Notes: generated from the sequence alone by a model not told the origin. 64,000 bases of DNA from an uncultured virus (IMG/VR IMGVR_UViG_3300027747_004323) (IMGVR_UViG_3300027747_004323); one strand, 5' to 3'; positions 27,331 through 37,986 are shown, counted from the first letter of the stretch. Numbers and translations: made by a program.

Positions 27331-30300
27331 TCACTGTACCTGCGTGAGGTTGTTGGCAACGACGAAGTCAAGCGAGACGAACTCGATGCTCTTCGTGGGC
27401 TGCACGTAGATCTTGCCACGGATCGTGTTGTTGAGGATGTCGTCCTGGGTCGTCGTCGAGGAGTCGATGATGACCTTGAACCTCTCGAGGCCGCTGAGGG
27501 CCTGGATCCTCTGCAGGCGGGGTGTGACCGCCGAGGAGAAGCGTGCGAGGGTCGCCTCACGGTTGGGCTCGAAGAGGATCGTCTGCGCGATGTCGCGGAC
27601 CTGACGACGGATGTCGATGAGGAGACGACGCACGTTGACGCGGTCGAGGGCCGAGGCAGCGAACTGCAGGGTCTTCTGACCCCACACCACGATGCCGCCC
27701 TTCGGATTGAGGCCGCCCTTCGCGGCTCCTGGGAACGCCACGATAGGGTTGATGGAGTTGTCGTACAACTTGTCCATGTCCGTCTGACCCAACCTGACGC
27801 GGGGTTCGAGTGCTGCGTCCGGAAGGGCGCCGCGCGTGAAGCCTGCGGGAGCGAACCAGGGATATCCGACGGAGTCGTTGAGGGCGAGGGCGCCGAGGAC
27901 GAGGACCGAGGGAGGCACCTGCATGTTGACACCGATCGGATCCCTGTAGAGGACGTCGGGGAAGTATGCCGCCGCGAACGAGGAGTCGACCGACCTGTTG
28001 ACGAAGTAGTCGACCGTGTTGATGACGGACGGCAGCTGGCTGTCGGAGATGATTGCATCGCCGTTCTCGTCCTGCTGCTCGATGTCCATGATGTAGAGCG
28101 CGTCGAACCTCTCCTGCACTGCGAGGGTCGCAGCGTCCGTGACGATGGGCTCTCTGATGCCGGGGATCGCGAGGATCTGTATGTCGAGGTTGACGACGTT
28201 CTTCATGATGTCGAGGGCCTTGAGGTACGTCCTCACGTTGGGTCCCTCCTCGGGCTTCGAGGCGCGTGCCGCAGCAGGATCCATGTCGTACATCACGGCG
28301 TTGTTGTTGATCTCCGTCTCGTTCCTGTCGAAGATGTTGACGCCGTCCTGTCCGCCCTGCATGATGAGGGTGAACTTGGCGAACTGCTTGTTGGTGGGGA
28401 TGTCCTCGACCTTGAAGCCGCGGACCTTGTTCTCGTCTCCCTTGCCGTCGGTCGCAATCTGATCGAGGTTAGTCGATCCGACCGCTCCGTTCCTGACGTA
28501 CACGGCCTTCGACCACTTCGTGGGGCTCGCGAGGCCGTTGCTGCCAGTGACGACCTGGATGTTCTCGAGGGAGAAGAAGTTGTTGCAGAACCTGTCCGCG
28601 TCGAGGATGCCGAGGTCGGCCGAGTCGGGCTGTCCTGCGTTGCTTCCCGTGAGGAACGAGGCATCACTGATCGAGAAGTTGGGGAACGCGAGGGCGAAGG
28701 ACTTGATCGAGGCGTTGGGAAGTATGCTTCCGTTCTTCCTGATGAGGTTCTCCGGGTGCTCGAACTGGACGCCCCAGTAGAACTTGGACTCCGTCTGCTC
28801 CTTGACCGACCACTCGTCGGCAGACGTGATCTTACGCCTGAACGGCAGCGGAGGGGTCTGTGCCTTCTTCGCCGTGTCCGTGACCGCGAGGAGGCCGTTG
28901 TCGTCGATTCCGAACTCCTGCATGGGAGCAGAGCCGCTCGTGACGAGGTGGTCGATGCCGCGGAAGCCCATGGGCAGTGCGACGGGATCGACGAATCCGT
29001 TCTCGATGTCGGGGTGGACCTCGACGCGGATGTAGTTGGAGCGGTTCTCGTAGTTGCCCTCCACGACGATCTTCTGTGAGGATTCCTCACGGTCGAAGTC
29101 GAAGTAGGCATGGACGTCGCCGATCACCTTCGCGATGTAGCGGTCGGAAGAAGGATCGAGGTTTACGCCTGCGAAGACCTCGTTGGGGAGGTTCTTCTTG
29201 TCGAGGTCCCTGTCGCCGAACTCGCGGAGAGAGACAGTAAAGGAGCCGTACTTGTTGAGAGGATCGTTGGAGACCGTGACGTTCTCGACGGACACCTTGA
29301 ACTTCGAGGAGATGCCTGCGCCGTCGTCGAGCGCGTGGATTCTGAAGAGGTCCTGCGGCTTTCCGCCGAACTTCTGTGAGACTATCCACGGAGACACTGC
29401 GTGGCTGAACCTGTCCTCGAAGGACTCGTAATCGGGAACCGTCGTGCTCGACTCGTTGCGTCCGAGGGACGACGTGACGATGAAGGCGCTGGGCTCGAGA
29501 CCGCCGTTCGAGTCGGCCGAGTAGGCGTCGTCGACGAGGCCCGATCCTGTGATGACGGCGAGCGTCGGGTGGACGTCCCAGTTCGCGTAGAGGAAGTGTC
29601 CTGCCTCCTGGAGCTTATAGGGGTCCGTGTTGAACGACTTCGCGAAGTAGTTGTTTGCCGTCGGGTCGAACGACGCCGTGAGGACCCTGGGGTACCTCGC
29701 GTCGGAGCCGAGGTGACCGTTGAGGAACATCGTGAACTCCTGACGGGGCTCGTTGTTGTTCTTCAGCACGACCGTTCCCAAGGCAGCGCCCTTCGCGTCT
29801 GCGTCCGTTCCCACCGTGGTCGCGGTGGGTGCCTCGCCGCCGTCGGCGATGAAGGTCGAGGAGAGACGAAGCACGACGCCAGACGGTGCCATCAGCACGC
29901 CTCTGATTATGGGAAGGGCCGCGGCGCCGCCGGAGGCGCCGCCTGGTCCCTGAAGACCTGCCTCACTGAAGAAGGTGGATCCTGCCGACTCGGACATGAA
30001 GCATCCGAGGAAGTAGGTGCGTCCGAGGTCGGGTCCGAGGTAAGTATCGTCCACACCGCCGCTGAAGTCCGAAGACACGATCTCTGTGATGGAACCCGAC
30101 GGGAAAGTGAGCGATCCGTTGGGGAGAGCTCCGTTGTCCTGCATCGAGATGGTGACCACACCTGCTCCGTTGTTGCCGCCGTTGATCAGCGCACCGAGAC
30201 CATAGAGTGGTGTGATACCGGCAAAGATCTTGTCTGCGAGCTTCTTTCCTGTGGTGACGCCGCCGCCGACCGGGATGGTCGACTGGAAGACGCCGGGCGA

Positions 30301-30861
30301 GGGATTCGTCACCACCGGAGCGTGGCTTCCCGTCATCGATTCGTCGAGGACGAACTTCACGGTCTGGCTCGCAGGGGTGAGGAACGAGAAGTAACGACCG
30401 TTCTCTCCACCGCCCGGAGTATACGGCGAGCAGGTGAAGGTAGCTGAGGCTGCAGCTCCTAGCAACAGATAGGGATCAGGATTCGCGTGTGGATTGTCGG
30501 TGAGCACTCCGTTGGTACCGGGCTGACGCTCTCCGACGACGAATCCTGCTGACGTCACCTTGCCCGTGACAGTATCGCGGGCACGGCCGTCGCCGGCTCC
30601 GAGGACGCGGAGATAGGCCACGGAGCGGGCGCTCCGCAGCCACTCTACCACGGCCAAGGGGCCGAACTTCTTGCCGTCTGTGGTGCCGAACTTGGAATAC
30701 CAGTCAGACAGAGTTCCAACAGTGATGGGGACGAATGCGGGGCCCTTGATTGAGGTGCCGATGATGCCCGCGGGGATGCCCACGGGCTGCTGCGTGATCG
30801 GACCTGAGATGTCGATCTCCCTCGATGTGACGCCTGCGCTACCGAATTTCAGTTGTGCCAT
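27331..30861 (-). CDS. Tail sheath protein, paralogue 2 (gp18-like)
   Basis: SAGVTSREID, GPAFVP, PWFAPAGFTRG, INPI, WGQKTLQ, SALDRVNVRRLL, FEPN. Confidence 0.93.
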   Translation of the reverse strand: MAQLKFGSAGVTSREIDISGPITQQPVGIPAGIIGTSIKGPAFVPITVGTLSDWYSKFGTTDGKKFGPLAVVEWLRSARSVAYLRVLGAGDGRARDTVTGKVTSAGFVVGERQPGTNGVLTDNPHANPDPYLLLGAAASATFTCSPYTPGGGENGRYFSFLTPASQTVKFVLDESMTGSHAPVVTNPSPGVFQSTIPVGGGVTTGKKLADKIFAGITPLYGLGALINGGNNGAGVVTISMQDNGALPNGSLTFPSGSITEIVSSDFSGGVDDTYLGPDLGRTYFLGCFMSESAGSTFFSEAGLQGPGGASGGAAALPIIRGVLMAPSGVVLRLSSTFIADGGEAPTATTVGTDADAKGAALGTVVLKNNNEPRQEFTMFLNGHLGSDARYPRVLTASFDPTANNYFAKSFNTDPYKLQEAGHFLYANWDVHPTLAVITGSGLVDDAYSADSNGGLEPSAFIVTSSLGRNESSTTVPDYESFEDRFSHAVSPWIVSQKFGGKPQDLFRIHALDDGAGISSKFKVSVENVTVSNDPLNKYGSFTVSLREFGDRDLDKKNLPNEVFAGVNLDPSSDRYIAKVIGDVHAYFDFDREESSQKIVVEGNYENRSNYIRVEVHPDIENGFVDPVALPMGFRGIDHLVTSGSAPMQEFGIDDNGLLAVTDTAKKAQTPPLPFRRKITSADEWSVKEQTESKFYWGVQFEHPENLIRKNGSILPNASIKSFALAFPNFSISDASFLTGSNAGQPDSADLGILDADRFCNNFFSLENIQVVTGSNGLASPTKWSKAVYVRNGAVGSTNLDQIATDGKGDENKVRGFKVEDIPTNKQFAKFTLIMQGGQDGVNIFDRNETEINNNAVMYDMDPAAARASKPEEGPNVRTYLKALDIMKNVVNLDIQILAIPGIREPIVTDAATLAVQERFDALYIMDIEQQDENGDAIISDSQLPSVINTVDYFVNRSVDSSFAAAYFPDVLYRDPIGVNMQVPPSVLVLGALALNDSVGYPWFAPAGFTRGALPDAALEPRVRLGQTDMDKLYDNSINPIVAFPGAAKGGLNPKGGIVVWGQKTLQFAASALDRVNVRRLLIDIRRQVRDIAQTILFEPNREATLARFSSAVTPRLQRIQALSGLERFKVIIDSSTTTQDDILNNTIRGKIYVQPTKSIEFVSLDFVVANNLTQVQ

Positions 30862-30906
30862 TTCTCTGCTCCCAATTATTGCTAACTATGCCTTTGAACC
30901 TGATTT

Positions 30907-33900
30907 TCAGACGAACTGCACGCCACTATTTGTGATGATGAAGTCGATGGCGATGTACTCAATAACTCTCGTTGGGACCACGACGATGCGGCCGTTCAAC
31001 TTGTTGAGGTCGACGTCCTCCTGAGTGTTGTTCGACTCGTTCATGACGACCTGGAAGGCCTCGATTCCTGCCTGGGCCTGGATGAGACCGAGCTGGAACG
31101 ATGCGTCCGCCACGAACTTGTTGCGTACTGCAGGGGTGTTCTGCTCGAACACGATCCTCTGCGCGATTCCGATGATGATACGCTTCACCTCGAGGAGGAG
31201 GCGACGCACGTTGACGCGGTCGAGGGCCGACTTGTTGATCTGCAGGGTCTTCTGACCGTAGATCACGTAGCCGAGTCTCGGGAACGTCGCGATCGGGTTG
31301 ATGCGTGATTCGTACAGCCTGTCCCTGTCCGAGACGTTGAGTCTCACCGCGACGTTCGTCACGAAGTCCAGTGCCGCGCGGTTGAAGCCTGCAGGAGCGA
31401 ACCACGGGTACGACACGCGATCGTTGAATCCGAGGGCGCTCATTGCGGCGACTGATGCGGGAACCTTCACCTTGCGGCGATTCGTCGCGTCGTCGATGAA
31501 GATCTCGGGGTAGTACACTGCGGCGTAGTTGTTGTCGATCGTGCGACTGTCGAACTGTGCCGTCGTGTAGTTGACGTTGGGCTTCGCGGTGGAGTCGTCG
31601 TACAGACGGTTTCCTTCGTCGTCATAGGACGGGATGTCCATCACGTACATCGCGAGGCCGTAGTCCCTCACCTTCTTCATCGTCTGATCGGTGATGTAGG
31701 GCTCCTTGATGCCCGGGATTGTGAGGATGTTGTTGTTCGCCTCGAGAGGGTTCGTCATGATGTCGACCGCCGTGAGGTACGACGCGACGCCGTTGTTGTC
31801 GACGTCCTGGCCCGACGGATTTCCGTTGACGGGGAATCCCGGGATGTCGTTGTTGGACGAAGCTCCGCCGCCCGCGTCGAAGGACACCGACTTGTCGTTG
31901 AGGCGGCGCGCGTCCCTGTTGAGGAAGTTGGTGCCATCGAATCCTCCGTACATGAAGTTCGTGAACTTCGCGTATGCGGAGAACCTGTTGAACTGCGACG
32001 CAGTTCCCGACGAGATGAGGGTGCCGAACGTGAGACGCTTGCGACCGTTCTCCGACCACGTGTAGTCAGTGGAGTCAAGCTTCGCGTTTCTCACGTATGC
32101 TGCCTCTCTCATGTGAGTGTTCACCGAGCTGGTGAGATGAGAGAAGGCAGTGTTGTAGAAGGCCACCTTCGCGAGGCTGAACTTGTTGTCGTGCAGCTTG
32201 TCGGCAGAAGATCCCGTGACGAGGGCATCGAGCTTCTCGATTCCCACGAACTTAGTGAGAGACTCGAGGAGCATATTTTTCTCGCTCGTCACGTTGGGGT
32301 TGAGGACGTTGTTGGAGTCGGGATCCGAAGAGACGCTGTCTCTCTCGAACTTCACACCCCAGTAGAATGCAGGATTCGCCTGTTCGGCAGCACCTGGTTC
32401 TCCCACGAATGCGGAGGACTTCGTCTCGCCTCTCGTCGCCTTGAAGCGGTGAGGTATGGGCGGGAGGAACGATCCGGAGAGGCCGAGACCCGCAGGGGCG
32501 GCGACGACGCCGAGGCGGGCGATTCCTGCGTCGAGGACTTCGTCAACTTTAAGGTTCGGATTGACGTTGAGGACCTCGGGACCGTGGAAGCCGAAGGGAA
32601 GCACGTTCGGAGGAACGATTCCGTTCTCGACCGCCTCGTTCATGACGACCCTGACGTACTTCGAGTTGTTGGGATAGTTGCCCGTGGCCACGAGACGCTT
32701 CTCCGAGGGATTGAGCGTGTCGAAGTTGTAGAACAGCTTCCTGTTTCCGATCAGCTTCGCGATGTAGTTGCTCGACTTGGGATCGAGGCTGCAGTTGGAG
32801 AACTGCTCGATCACCTTCGGGCTCGCGTCGGTGTCGGTCCAGTCACGGATCTGAACGTTGAACGTTCCGTACTTGTTCGCGTCGTTGGTGGACGCCTTGA
32901 TGTTGCTGATAGAGATCTTGTAGAGGCTGTTCGCGTACTCTCCGTCGTCGATCGCCTCGAACTTGAAGAGGTCGTATTCAGTCGTGCCGAAGGGCTGCGA
33001 GATGAAGAACGACGTCTGCGGCGCCTTGAAGCGGGTGTTGTAGGAACCGTACACCTCTCGGAAGAACATACCTGTGTCGCCGTTCACCGCTGTGTTGGAG
33101 GATCCGGAGAGTACACCGACCGCCATCGAGGACGAGACGTAAGCGACGTTGGCGTCGACGGCATAGTCCGCATGGAGGTAGTGCTGCTCCTGATAGAACT
33201 TGTCCGGGTCCGTGTTGAGGATCTTGCCGAAGTAGTCCTTGCTTGAGGGATCGAGCGACGCGGTGAGCACGCGTACTCCGTCGACGCCGTCGGTCTTGTA
33301 GAACGAAGAACCGAGGGACGAAGAGATGATGATCTTGAACTTGCCGTCGCCGTCGACGACCGTCGTGTCCTTGCGAGCATCATGGCCATACGTGACCTTT
33401 GCGGACGACGTCAGGACCATGAGACGTGCAGTGTCAGGAGTCATCACGAGGCCGCGAACGAGGTTGACGTAATCGGAGCCTCCCACGGTGTCGTTGTCCT
33501 CGAAGGAGGGGGCGCCAGTTATTCCCTTGGCAGTCTTGAAGTGGGTGGCAGCGATGAACTGAACCACGCCTGGGTTCCTCTTGTCGAGGACTCCGGCGTT
33601 AGTACCCGAGAGCTTGAAGCCTGCGTTCTTCACGATTCCATAAGTTGTCGTGGCCGTGAGGTCGACGTCTGAAGAGTTCGCACCTGCACCGAGGACCCTC
33701 ATGTAGGTCAGGGCCGCGCGGTGCTTCAGGAACTCGTTGACTGCATAGGGTCCAAACTGCTTCGTGTCGAGGTTGCCGAACGTCTGCACGAAATCATTGA
33801 ATTTCGCGACAGTGACGGGAACGAAGGCAGGACCCTTGTTGGAAGTACCGATCACAGCCGCTGGGACGCCCACAGGGCCTTGGACTGACGGAGCGGAAAG

Positions 33901-33951
33901 GTCTATCTCGCGCTCATAGAAGTTGGGCGACTTAAATGTCTGCTCGGGCAT
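30907..33951 (-). CDS. Tail sheath protein, paralogue 1 (gp18-like)
   Basis: SPNFYEREID, GPAFVP, PWFAPAGFNRA, INPIATF, YGQKTLQ, SALDRVNVRRLL, FEQN. Confidence 0.93.
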   Translation of the reverse strand: MPEQTFKSPNFYEREIDLSAPSVQGPVGVPAAVIGTSNKGPAFVPVTVAKFNDFVQTFGNLDTKQFGPYAVNEFLKHRAALTYMRVLGAGANSSDVDLTATTTYGIVKNAGFKLSGTNAGVLDKRNPGVVQFIAATHFKTAKGITGAPSFEDNDTVGGSDYVNLVRGLVMTPDTARLMVLTSSAKVTYGHDARKDTTVVDGDGKFKIIISSSLGSSFYKTDGVDGVRVLTASLDPSSKDYFGKILNTDPDKFYQEQHYLHADYAVDANVAYVSSSMAVGVLSGSSNTAVNGDTGMFFREVYGSYNTRFKAPQTSFFISQPFGTTEYDLFKFEAIDDGEYANSLYKISISNIKASTNDANKYGTFNVQIRDWTDTDASPKVIEQFSNCSLDPKSSNYIAKLIGNRKLFYNFDTLNPSEKRLVATGNYPNNSKYVRVVMNEAVENGIVPPNVLPFGFHGPEVLNVNPNLKVDEVLDAGIARLGVVAAPAGLGLSGSFLPPIPHRFKATRGETKSSAFVGEPGAAEQANPAFYWGVKFERDSVSSDPDSNNVLNPNVTSEKNMLLESLTKFVGIEKLDALVTGSSADKLHDNKFSLAKVAFYNTAFSHLTSSVNTHMREAAYVRNAKLDSTDYTWSENGRKRLTFGTLISSGTASQFNRFSAYAKFTNFMYGGFDGTNFLNRDARRLNDKSVSFDAGGGASSNNDIPGFPVNGNPSGQDVDNNGVASYLTAVDIMTNPLEANNNILTIPGIKEPYITDQTMKKVRDYGLAMYVMDIPSYDDEGNRLYDDSTAKPNVNYTTAQFDSRTIDNNYAAVYYPEIFIDDATNRRKVKVPASVAAMSALGFNDRVSYPWFAPAGFNRAALDFVTNVAVRLNVSDRDRLYESRINPIATFPRLGYVIYGQKTLQINKSALDRVNVRRLLLEVKRIIIGIAQRIVFEQNTPAVRNKFVADASFQLGLIQAQAGIEAFQVVMNESNNTQEDVDLNKLNGRIVVVPTRVIEYIAIDFIITNSGVQFV

Positions 33952-34023
33952 TATACAATCTCCTTGAATCTGTGATTCTTGGCATAACTATCACGCATAA
34001 AGCTAGGAATCACCACTTTGTGG

Positions 34024-35268
34024 TCAGATTTTCGTGAGGTCCTTGACGCGAATCAGTTCAAGACCTCCCTGCATCGAATACACCGTCTCGCCGCCGGGTG
34101 ATCGGCTGAGGACCTTGGGTTCGTAGCCTCTCGGAAGTCCTGAGGCTGCAGGATCTCCGTCGACGTAGCCTTGATAGTTGGGCTGACGTGGGAAGAGACG
34201 CTGGGTGCCTGTCTGTCTCTGATCGGCTTGATTGAGCCTCGTGTCGTTGATGGGCAGAGTGGGATCGTCTGATCCGACGACGTATTTCGATAGCTTCGTC
34301 TCCGACCCTATCTCCACAGGATCGGTCGCAGTCTCGAAGCTGATCACGGGAGACGAGACGTAGCGCTTGATGGGAATGGGTGTACCGGGAGAAGCAGACG
34401 CGAAGAAGTATGCCGGGACGCTGACGCTGAAGGTGTGCTTGATGAACCTCTCGGCCTGAGACATGTCGTCGAAGTTTGTCTCCACCGCAAAGTTGCCGTC
34501 TTCGAGCTTCGCGACGAACCAGTACCCCTTGGGCGTCGTGAGCTTCCACGACTGGGCCTGCGGGAGGAGAGAGCTCATTATCTTCTCGATGATCTGGTTG
34601 GAGTGCTGTGTGTATTGCGTCCAGATCGTGATCTGGTACTTCGCAGTGAAGAACTGAGGCGTCGGGACGACGATCGTCTCGAAGACGTTGTTGAGCCTGC
34701 GGGGTGTGAGGTACGCTCCGTCCTTCATTTCAGGATTCGTCGAGAGTTCTCCCAGCGACCGATCCGTCGTCACCTCGCCTGGGACGACGTTCTGTCCCGG
34801 GGCCACAGCGAGGTTCTGCTGATTCTGCAGAAGAATCTTGTTAATGAGGGCCTGATAACCACGGTCAGATTTATCGAGACGTCTCCTGATGACAAACTCG
34901 CCTACCTGTTGGTTTATGCCGCGGCCCGTGAAGTCCTCTGATCCTTGGACGAGATCCGTCCTCATGATCGTGATGAGTGGCAGGAGGAGCGAGTTGTTCC
35001 TGTCGCGGATGGGGCGTCCGTTCTTCAGCAGTGCCCACTTCTCTCCCGCTGCGAAGACGACGGGCACCTTCGACACAGGAGTCGAGTTCTTGCCTCCGTA
35101 CTCCGGAACGATCTCCTTGTCGAAGAGCTCGAAGAGGGCGACGTCGACGTCCTCGACGCCACAAGGCGGAATGCTGAGGTCGGGTACTCCCGTGGAGGTC
35201 GCATAGCCTGTCGGCAGCGGACTGATGCCGTAGTTTGTTTTTGATCCTGTCTTGAATCTAGTCGACAT
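34024..35268 (-). CDS. Putative tail terminator/sheath stabiliser (gp15-like)
   Basis: EDVDVAL..VPVVFAAGEKW..LPLITIMRT..YQITIWT; lies between neck and sheath genes; start 35268 (or 35280). Confidence 0.6.
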   Translation of the reverse strand: MSTRFKTGSKTNYGISPLPTGYATSTGVPDLSIPPCGVEDVDVALFELFDKEIVPEYGGKNSTPVSKVPVVFAAGEKWALLKNGRPIRDRNNSLLLPLITIMRTDLVQGSEDFTGRGINQQVGEFVIRRRLDKSDRGYQALINKILLQNQQNLAVAPGQNVVPGEVTTDRSLGELSTNPEMKDGAYLTPRRLNNVFETIVVPTPQFFTAKYQITIWTQYTQHSNQIIEKIMSSLLPQAQSWKLTTPKGYWFVAKLEDGNFAVETNFDDMSQAERFIKHTFSVSVPAYFFASASPGTPIPIKRYVSSPVISFETATDPVEIGSETKLSKYVVGSDDPTLPINDTRLNQADQRQTGTQRLFPRQPNYQGYVDGDPAASGLPRGYEPKVLSRSPGGETVYSMQGGLELIRVKDLTKI

Positions 35269-35276
35269 GTCGTCCC

Positions 35277-35945
35277 TCACTCGTCATAGAAAGCCGAACC
35301 CACACCGTCGGGGTCACCCTTCGCAGAAATCTCTTTGGGTCCTGTGAGAGGCTTGTCGAGGACTCCCGTCTCGACGAGGTCTCTCTTGTCTCCCGTCGGG
35401 TCACCATTCTGGTCGAGTGCCTCACCTCGCTGCTGATGGAATTCAGTCTGCACTGCATCCGCATCGGGTCGTGAAATGTCGGTCGGCCCGATCGTGGGAG
35501 CCTTGAAGAGGCCTTCGCGAGCCTTGACACCCACGAGCTTCACACCGTCCTTATGCTCGGGCAGTCCATAGATGTTCCTCATGAACACCCTCTCGGTGAT
35601 CTCGTAGAACACGTCGGAGAAGGAGAAGAAGTCTCCTATGTTGACGTTGATTCCCTTGTCGACGAGGTCCCGATGTTGGAGGAACACCTCCATCTTGAAC
35701 TGCGCATCGATTCCGAACTTGTCGATCTTCGTGTCAGTCTGGAAGTTGTTGTCGACGAGGCCGTCGATCGCGATGGGATTGTCGTACACCTTCTGAAGGG
35801 CCTCGTTGTAGACGCCGTGCGTCTGAGTCTTCAGCTCAGAGATGGGATAGTAGTAGATCTTCTGACCCACTACGTCCTTGATCAGCTCCTTCGTGATGTC
35901 AGAGATGAAGTTCAGTTCTCTCGGTGTGATGAATAGACGGGCCAT
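35277..35945 (-). CDS. Neck/head-closure protein (gp14-like)
   Basis: ELIKDVVGQKIYYY..VYNEA..GDFF..FYEI; follows gp13-like gene. Confidence 0.65.
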   Translation of the reverse strand: MARLFITPRELNFISDITKELIKDVVGQKIYYYPISELKTQTHGVYNEALQKVYDNPIAIDGLVDNNFQTDTKIDKFGIDAQFKMEVFLQHRDLVDKGINVNIGDFFSFSDVFYEITERVFMRNIYGLPEHKDGVKLVGVKAREGLFKAPTIGPTDISRPDADAVQTEFHQQRGEALDQNGDPTGDKRDLVETGVLDKPLTGPKEISAKGDPDGVGSAFYDE

Positions 35946-35954
35946 CGGTCCTCC

Positions 35955-37133
35955 TCAACCTATCACTATGCCCTTGCCGAGAGGCATGGGCACGAATCGA
36001 AGCTGCTTGTTGAGCGACTCGGCAGCCAGGGCGTCTGCCTCGAGGAGCTTCTGGTGCGTCAGCTGCCCCAAGAACTCCTTCATCTGCGTCTGAAGCTTGT
36101 CCTTGTCCTCCCTCGCCTGTGAGAGAAGCGCCTCGCCGTTCAGCTGGAGGTCGGCATTGGGTATCGGTATGGTCTGGAATTTCGACCTGATGAGACCGAG
36201 CAGCTCTCTGCTGAGTGCCAAGGTGTACTGCCGTATCCACTGACGACCCGGCTGATTGATCGTGGCGAAAGGAATGTTGTCGAGGGGAATCGACGCAGGA
36301 CCCGATATGCCGTAGACCGAATCGTCCTTGTATGCCGAAGGATTGAGTGGGTCTTGGGGAGGAAGCACCTTGCAGAACAGCTTTCCGACCTGCAGGTCAG
36401 TGATGGGTATGGGATAGATCCTCAGCTTGCTGCCTTGTATCTCGTACGAGTAGTGTGACCTCCTCACGCGGAAGGCCGATTCCAGCATGCCTCTCCTCAG
36501 GACGTCCTCGAAGATGGGGAGGACGTAGAAGACGGAGGAGTTGACGTACGACTCGTAGTTGAAGTTGGTGGCGAGGAAGTTGGTGATGTTCGACGCGTTG
36601 AGGAGGAAGTGCTGTGCCGCGAGAGGTTCCATGTGGAACAGCTCCACGACTCTCATCTTTCCCTTCGATCCGGAGGGCAAGTTGTCGAATATCACAGATC
36701 CAGAAACTACGTCCTTGAGGTCCTTGTAGAGGTCGTAGTCCTGTTGCCCACCGACGAGGTCGAAGTAACCGAACACGGGATTGCTCGATCCTCCCACGAA
36801 AGCATTCGTCGCATAGGGCTCAGCCATCCTGAGTAGGTACTCGAGAGACCGCTGTGAGTACCTGTTGGTGAGGTTCGTGGATCCCGTCGGGAGACCGAGG
36901 ACGTTAGTGAGCTCCGAGACGATCTTCGTCTCGTGTATGAGACGTGAGTACTCGCAGGTCGCCTCCTCGAAGCAGGCCCAGATCTCCTTCTTCGTCAGCT
37001 CGACAGAAAGGACGTCGTCGCCGAGCTTGCGCTTGACGTACGTAACCATTGAGTCCGCCTCAGACTGAAACGCCGAGTCGGCATCGAAGAATCCGAAGGG
37101 CGTAGGCCCGATGGTCGAGTTGAAGCTAGTCAT
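35955..37133 (-). CDS. Neck/head-tail adaptor protein (gp13-like)
   Basis: YVKRKLGDDVLSVEL, WIRQYTLALSRELLGLIRSKF..LNGEALLSQA. Confidence 0.8.
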   Translation of the reverse strand: MTSFNSTIGPTPFGFFDADSAFQSEADSMVTYVKRKLGDDVLSVELTKKEIWACFEEATCEYSRLIHETKIVSELTNVLGLPTGSTNLTNRYSQRSLEYLLRMAEPYATNAFVGGSSNPVFGYFDLVGGQQDYDLYKDLKDVVSGSVIFDNLPSGSKGKMRVVELFHMEPLAAQHFLLNASNITNFLATNFNYESYVNSSVFYVLPIFEDVLRRGMLESAFRVRRSHYSYEIQGSKLRIYPIPITDLQVGKLFCKVLPPQDPLNPSAYKDDSVYGISGPASIPLDNIPFATINQPGRQWIRQYTLALSRELLGLIRSKFQTIPIPNADLQLNGEALLSQAREDKDKLQTQMKEFLGQLTHQKLLEADALAAESLNKQLRFVPMPLGKGIVIG

Positions 37134-37186
37134 TCGTCATACCTATCCCGTGAGATAAGTATGCGTTTAAAGGCGATTCGACAACG

Positions 37187-37390
37187 TCAACCGCCTCGAG
37201 CCTTTATCGCCCTCTCCTGACGCTCGGCACCTTTGCGGCTCGAATGAGTTCCAAGCCGTCTACGCTTTCCCGTCTTGTGGTCCTTCTTCTTCGTGTAGAG
37301 ACACCAGTCGTCTCCGCATTTCCTGATAATCTCAGTGATGAGTTGCCTCAACAGATTCTCTGAGATTGTCTCTTCGTCTCCTCGTTTCAT
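37187..37390 (-). CDS. Small basic hypothetical protein with LRQLITE motif
   Basis: MKRGDEETISENLLRQLITEIIRKCGDDWCLYTKK...LGTHSSRKGAERQERAI; start uncertain (37390 or 37444). Confidence 0.55.
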   Translation of the reverse strand: MKRGDEETISENLLRQLITEIIRKCGDDWCLYTKKKDHKTGKRRRLGTHSSRKGAERQERAIKARGG

Positions 37391-37407
37391 CGGAGGCCTC
37401 CGAGACA

Positions 37408-37436
37408 AAAAGAAAGGGTCCCAGCTTGGGGACCCT
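37408..37436 (-). terminator. Rho-independent terminator-like hairpin
   Basis: Minus strand AGGGTCCCCAAGCTGGGACCC followed by TTTCTTTT. Confidence 0.55.
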
Positions 37437-37475
37437 GAAGACATGAAAGAATCATGTGCCTAAGTATTCAGGACA

Positions 37476-37697
37476 TCACATTCCTGAGATGAGTGCCTGA
37501 ACGGCAGTCTTAACTCTCTCCTGGAGTTCCTTCGGAAGGGCCGAGAGGAGGACATAGCTCTCGCCTTTGAGAGCTGCCTGAGGCACTCCGCCGGCAATGC
37601 TGTCTTGATTTGACGTGATGACTGCACGAACTACGACAGGCGCAGGGCCGATGTGCGATGCGTAGATGGGTTTGAAGAAGTCTGCTCTGTTGTCCAT
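37476..37697 (-). CDS. Hypothetical protein
   Basis: 73-aa ORF tightly packed behind the preceding ORF. Confidence 0.55.
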   Translation of the reverse strand: MDNRADFFKPIYASHIGPAPVVVRAVITSNQDSIAGGVPQAALKGESYVLLSALPKELQERVKTAVQALISGM

Positions 37698-37698
37698 G

Positions 37699-37884
37699 TC
37701 AACCCTTCAGTACCGATCTGCTCTCGATGAGTGTCTCGTTTGCCTTCGCGAAGTGCTTCTTCAACTCTGAAAGCTTCACCTCGATCGACATGATCTTGAC
37801 GGGATCATTGGCGAGGCGGGCCTCCAGTAAGTTGCTTTCCAACTTGACGATCTCTTCCAATAGAAGCTCTGTAGTCGACGACAT
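37699..37884 (-). CDS. Hypothetical coiled-coil protein
   Basis: Start MSSTTELLLEEI after AAAGGAG; the longer ORF-track version overlaps tRNAs. Confidence 0.6.
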   Translation of the reverse strand: MSSTTELLLEEIVKLESNLLEARLANDPVKIMSIEVKLSELKKHFAKANETLIESRSVLKG

Positions 37885-37913
37885 TTTTTCTCCTTTGACC
37901 GTTACGAGATGAG

Positions 37914-37986
37914 TGGACTCGGACGGGATCGAACCGACGACATCCGCCTTGCAAAGGCGGCGCTCTCCCAGCTGAGCTACGAGCCC
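37914..37986 (-). tRNA. tRNA-Ala(TGC)
   Basis: GGGCTCG acceptor with G3:U70, anticodon arm CCGCC-TT-TGC-AA-GGCGG, T-loop GTTCGAT; CCA not encoded. Confidence 0.93.

Noticed and set aside
10573..37133. Interpretation as a bacterial extracellular contractile injection system or tailocin
   Set aside because: Capsid, portal, terminase, protease, neck and replication genes are all present, so it is a phage.
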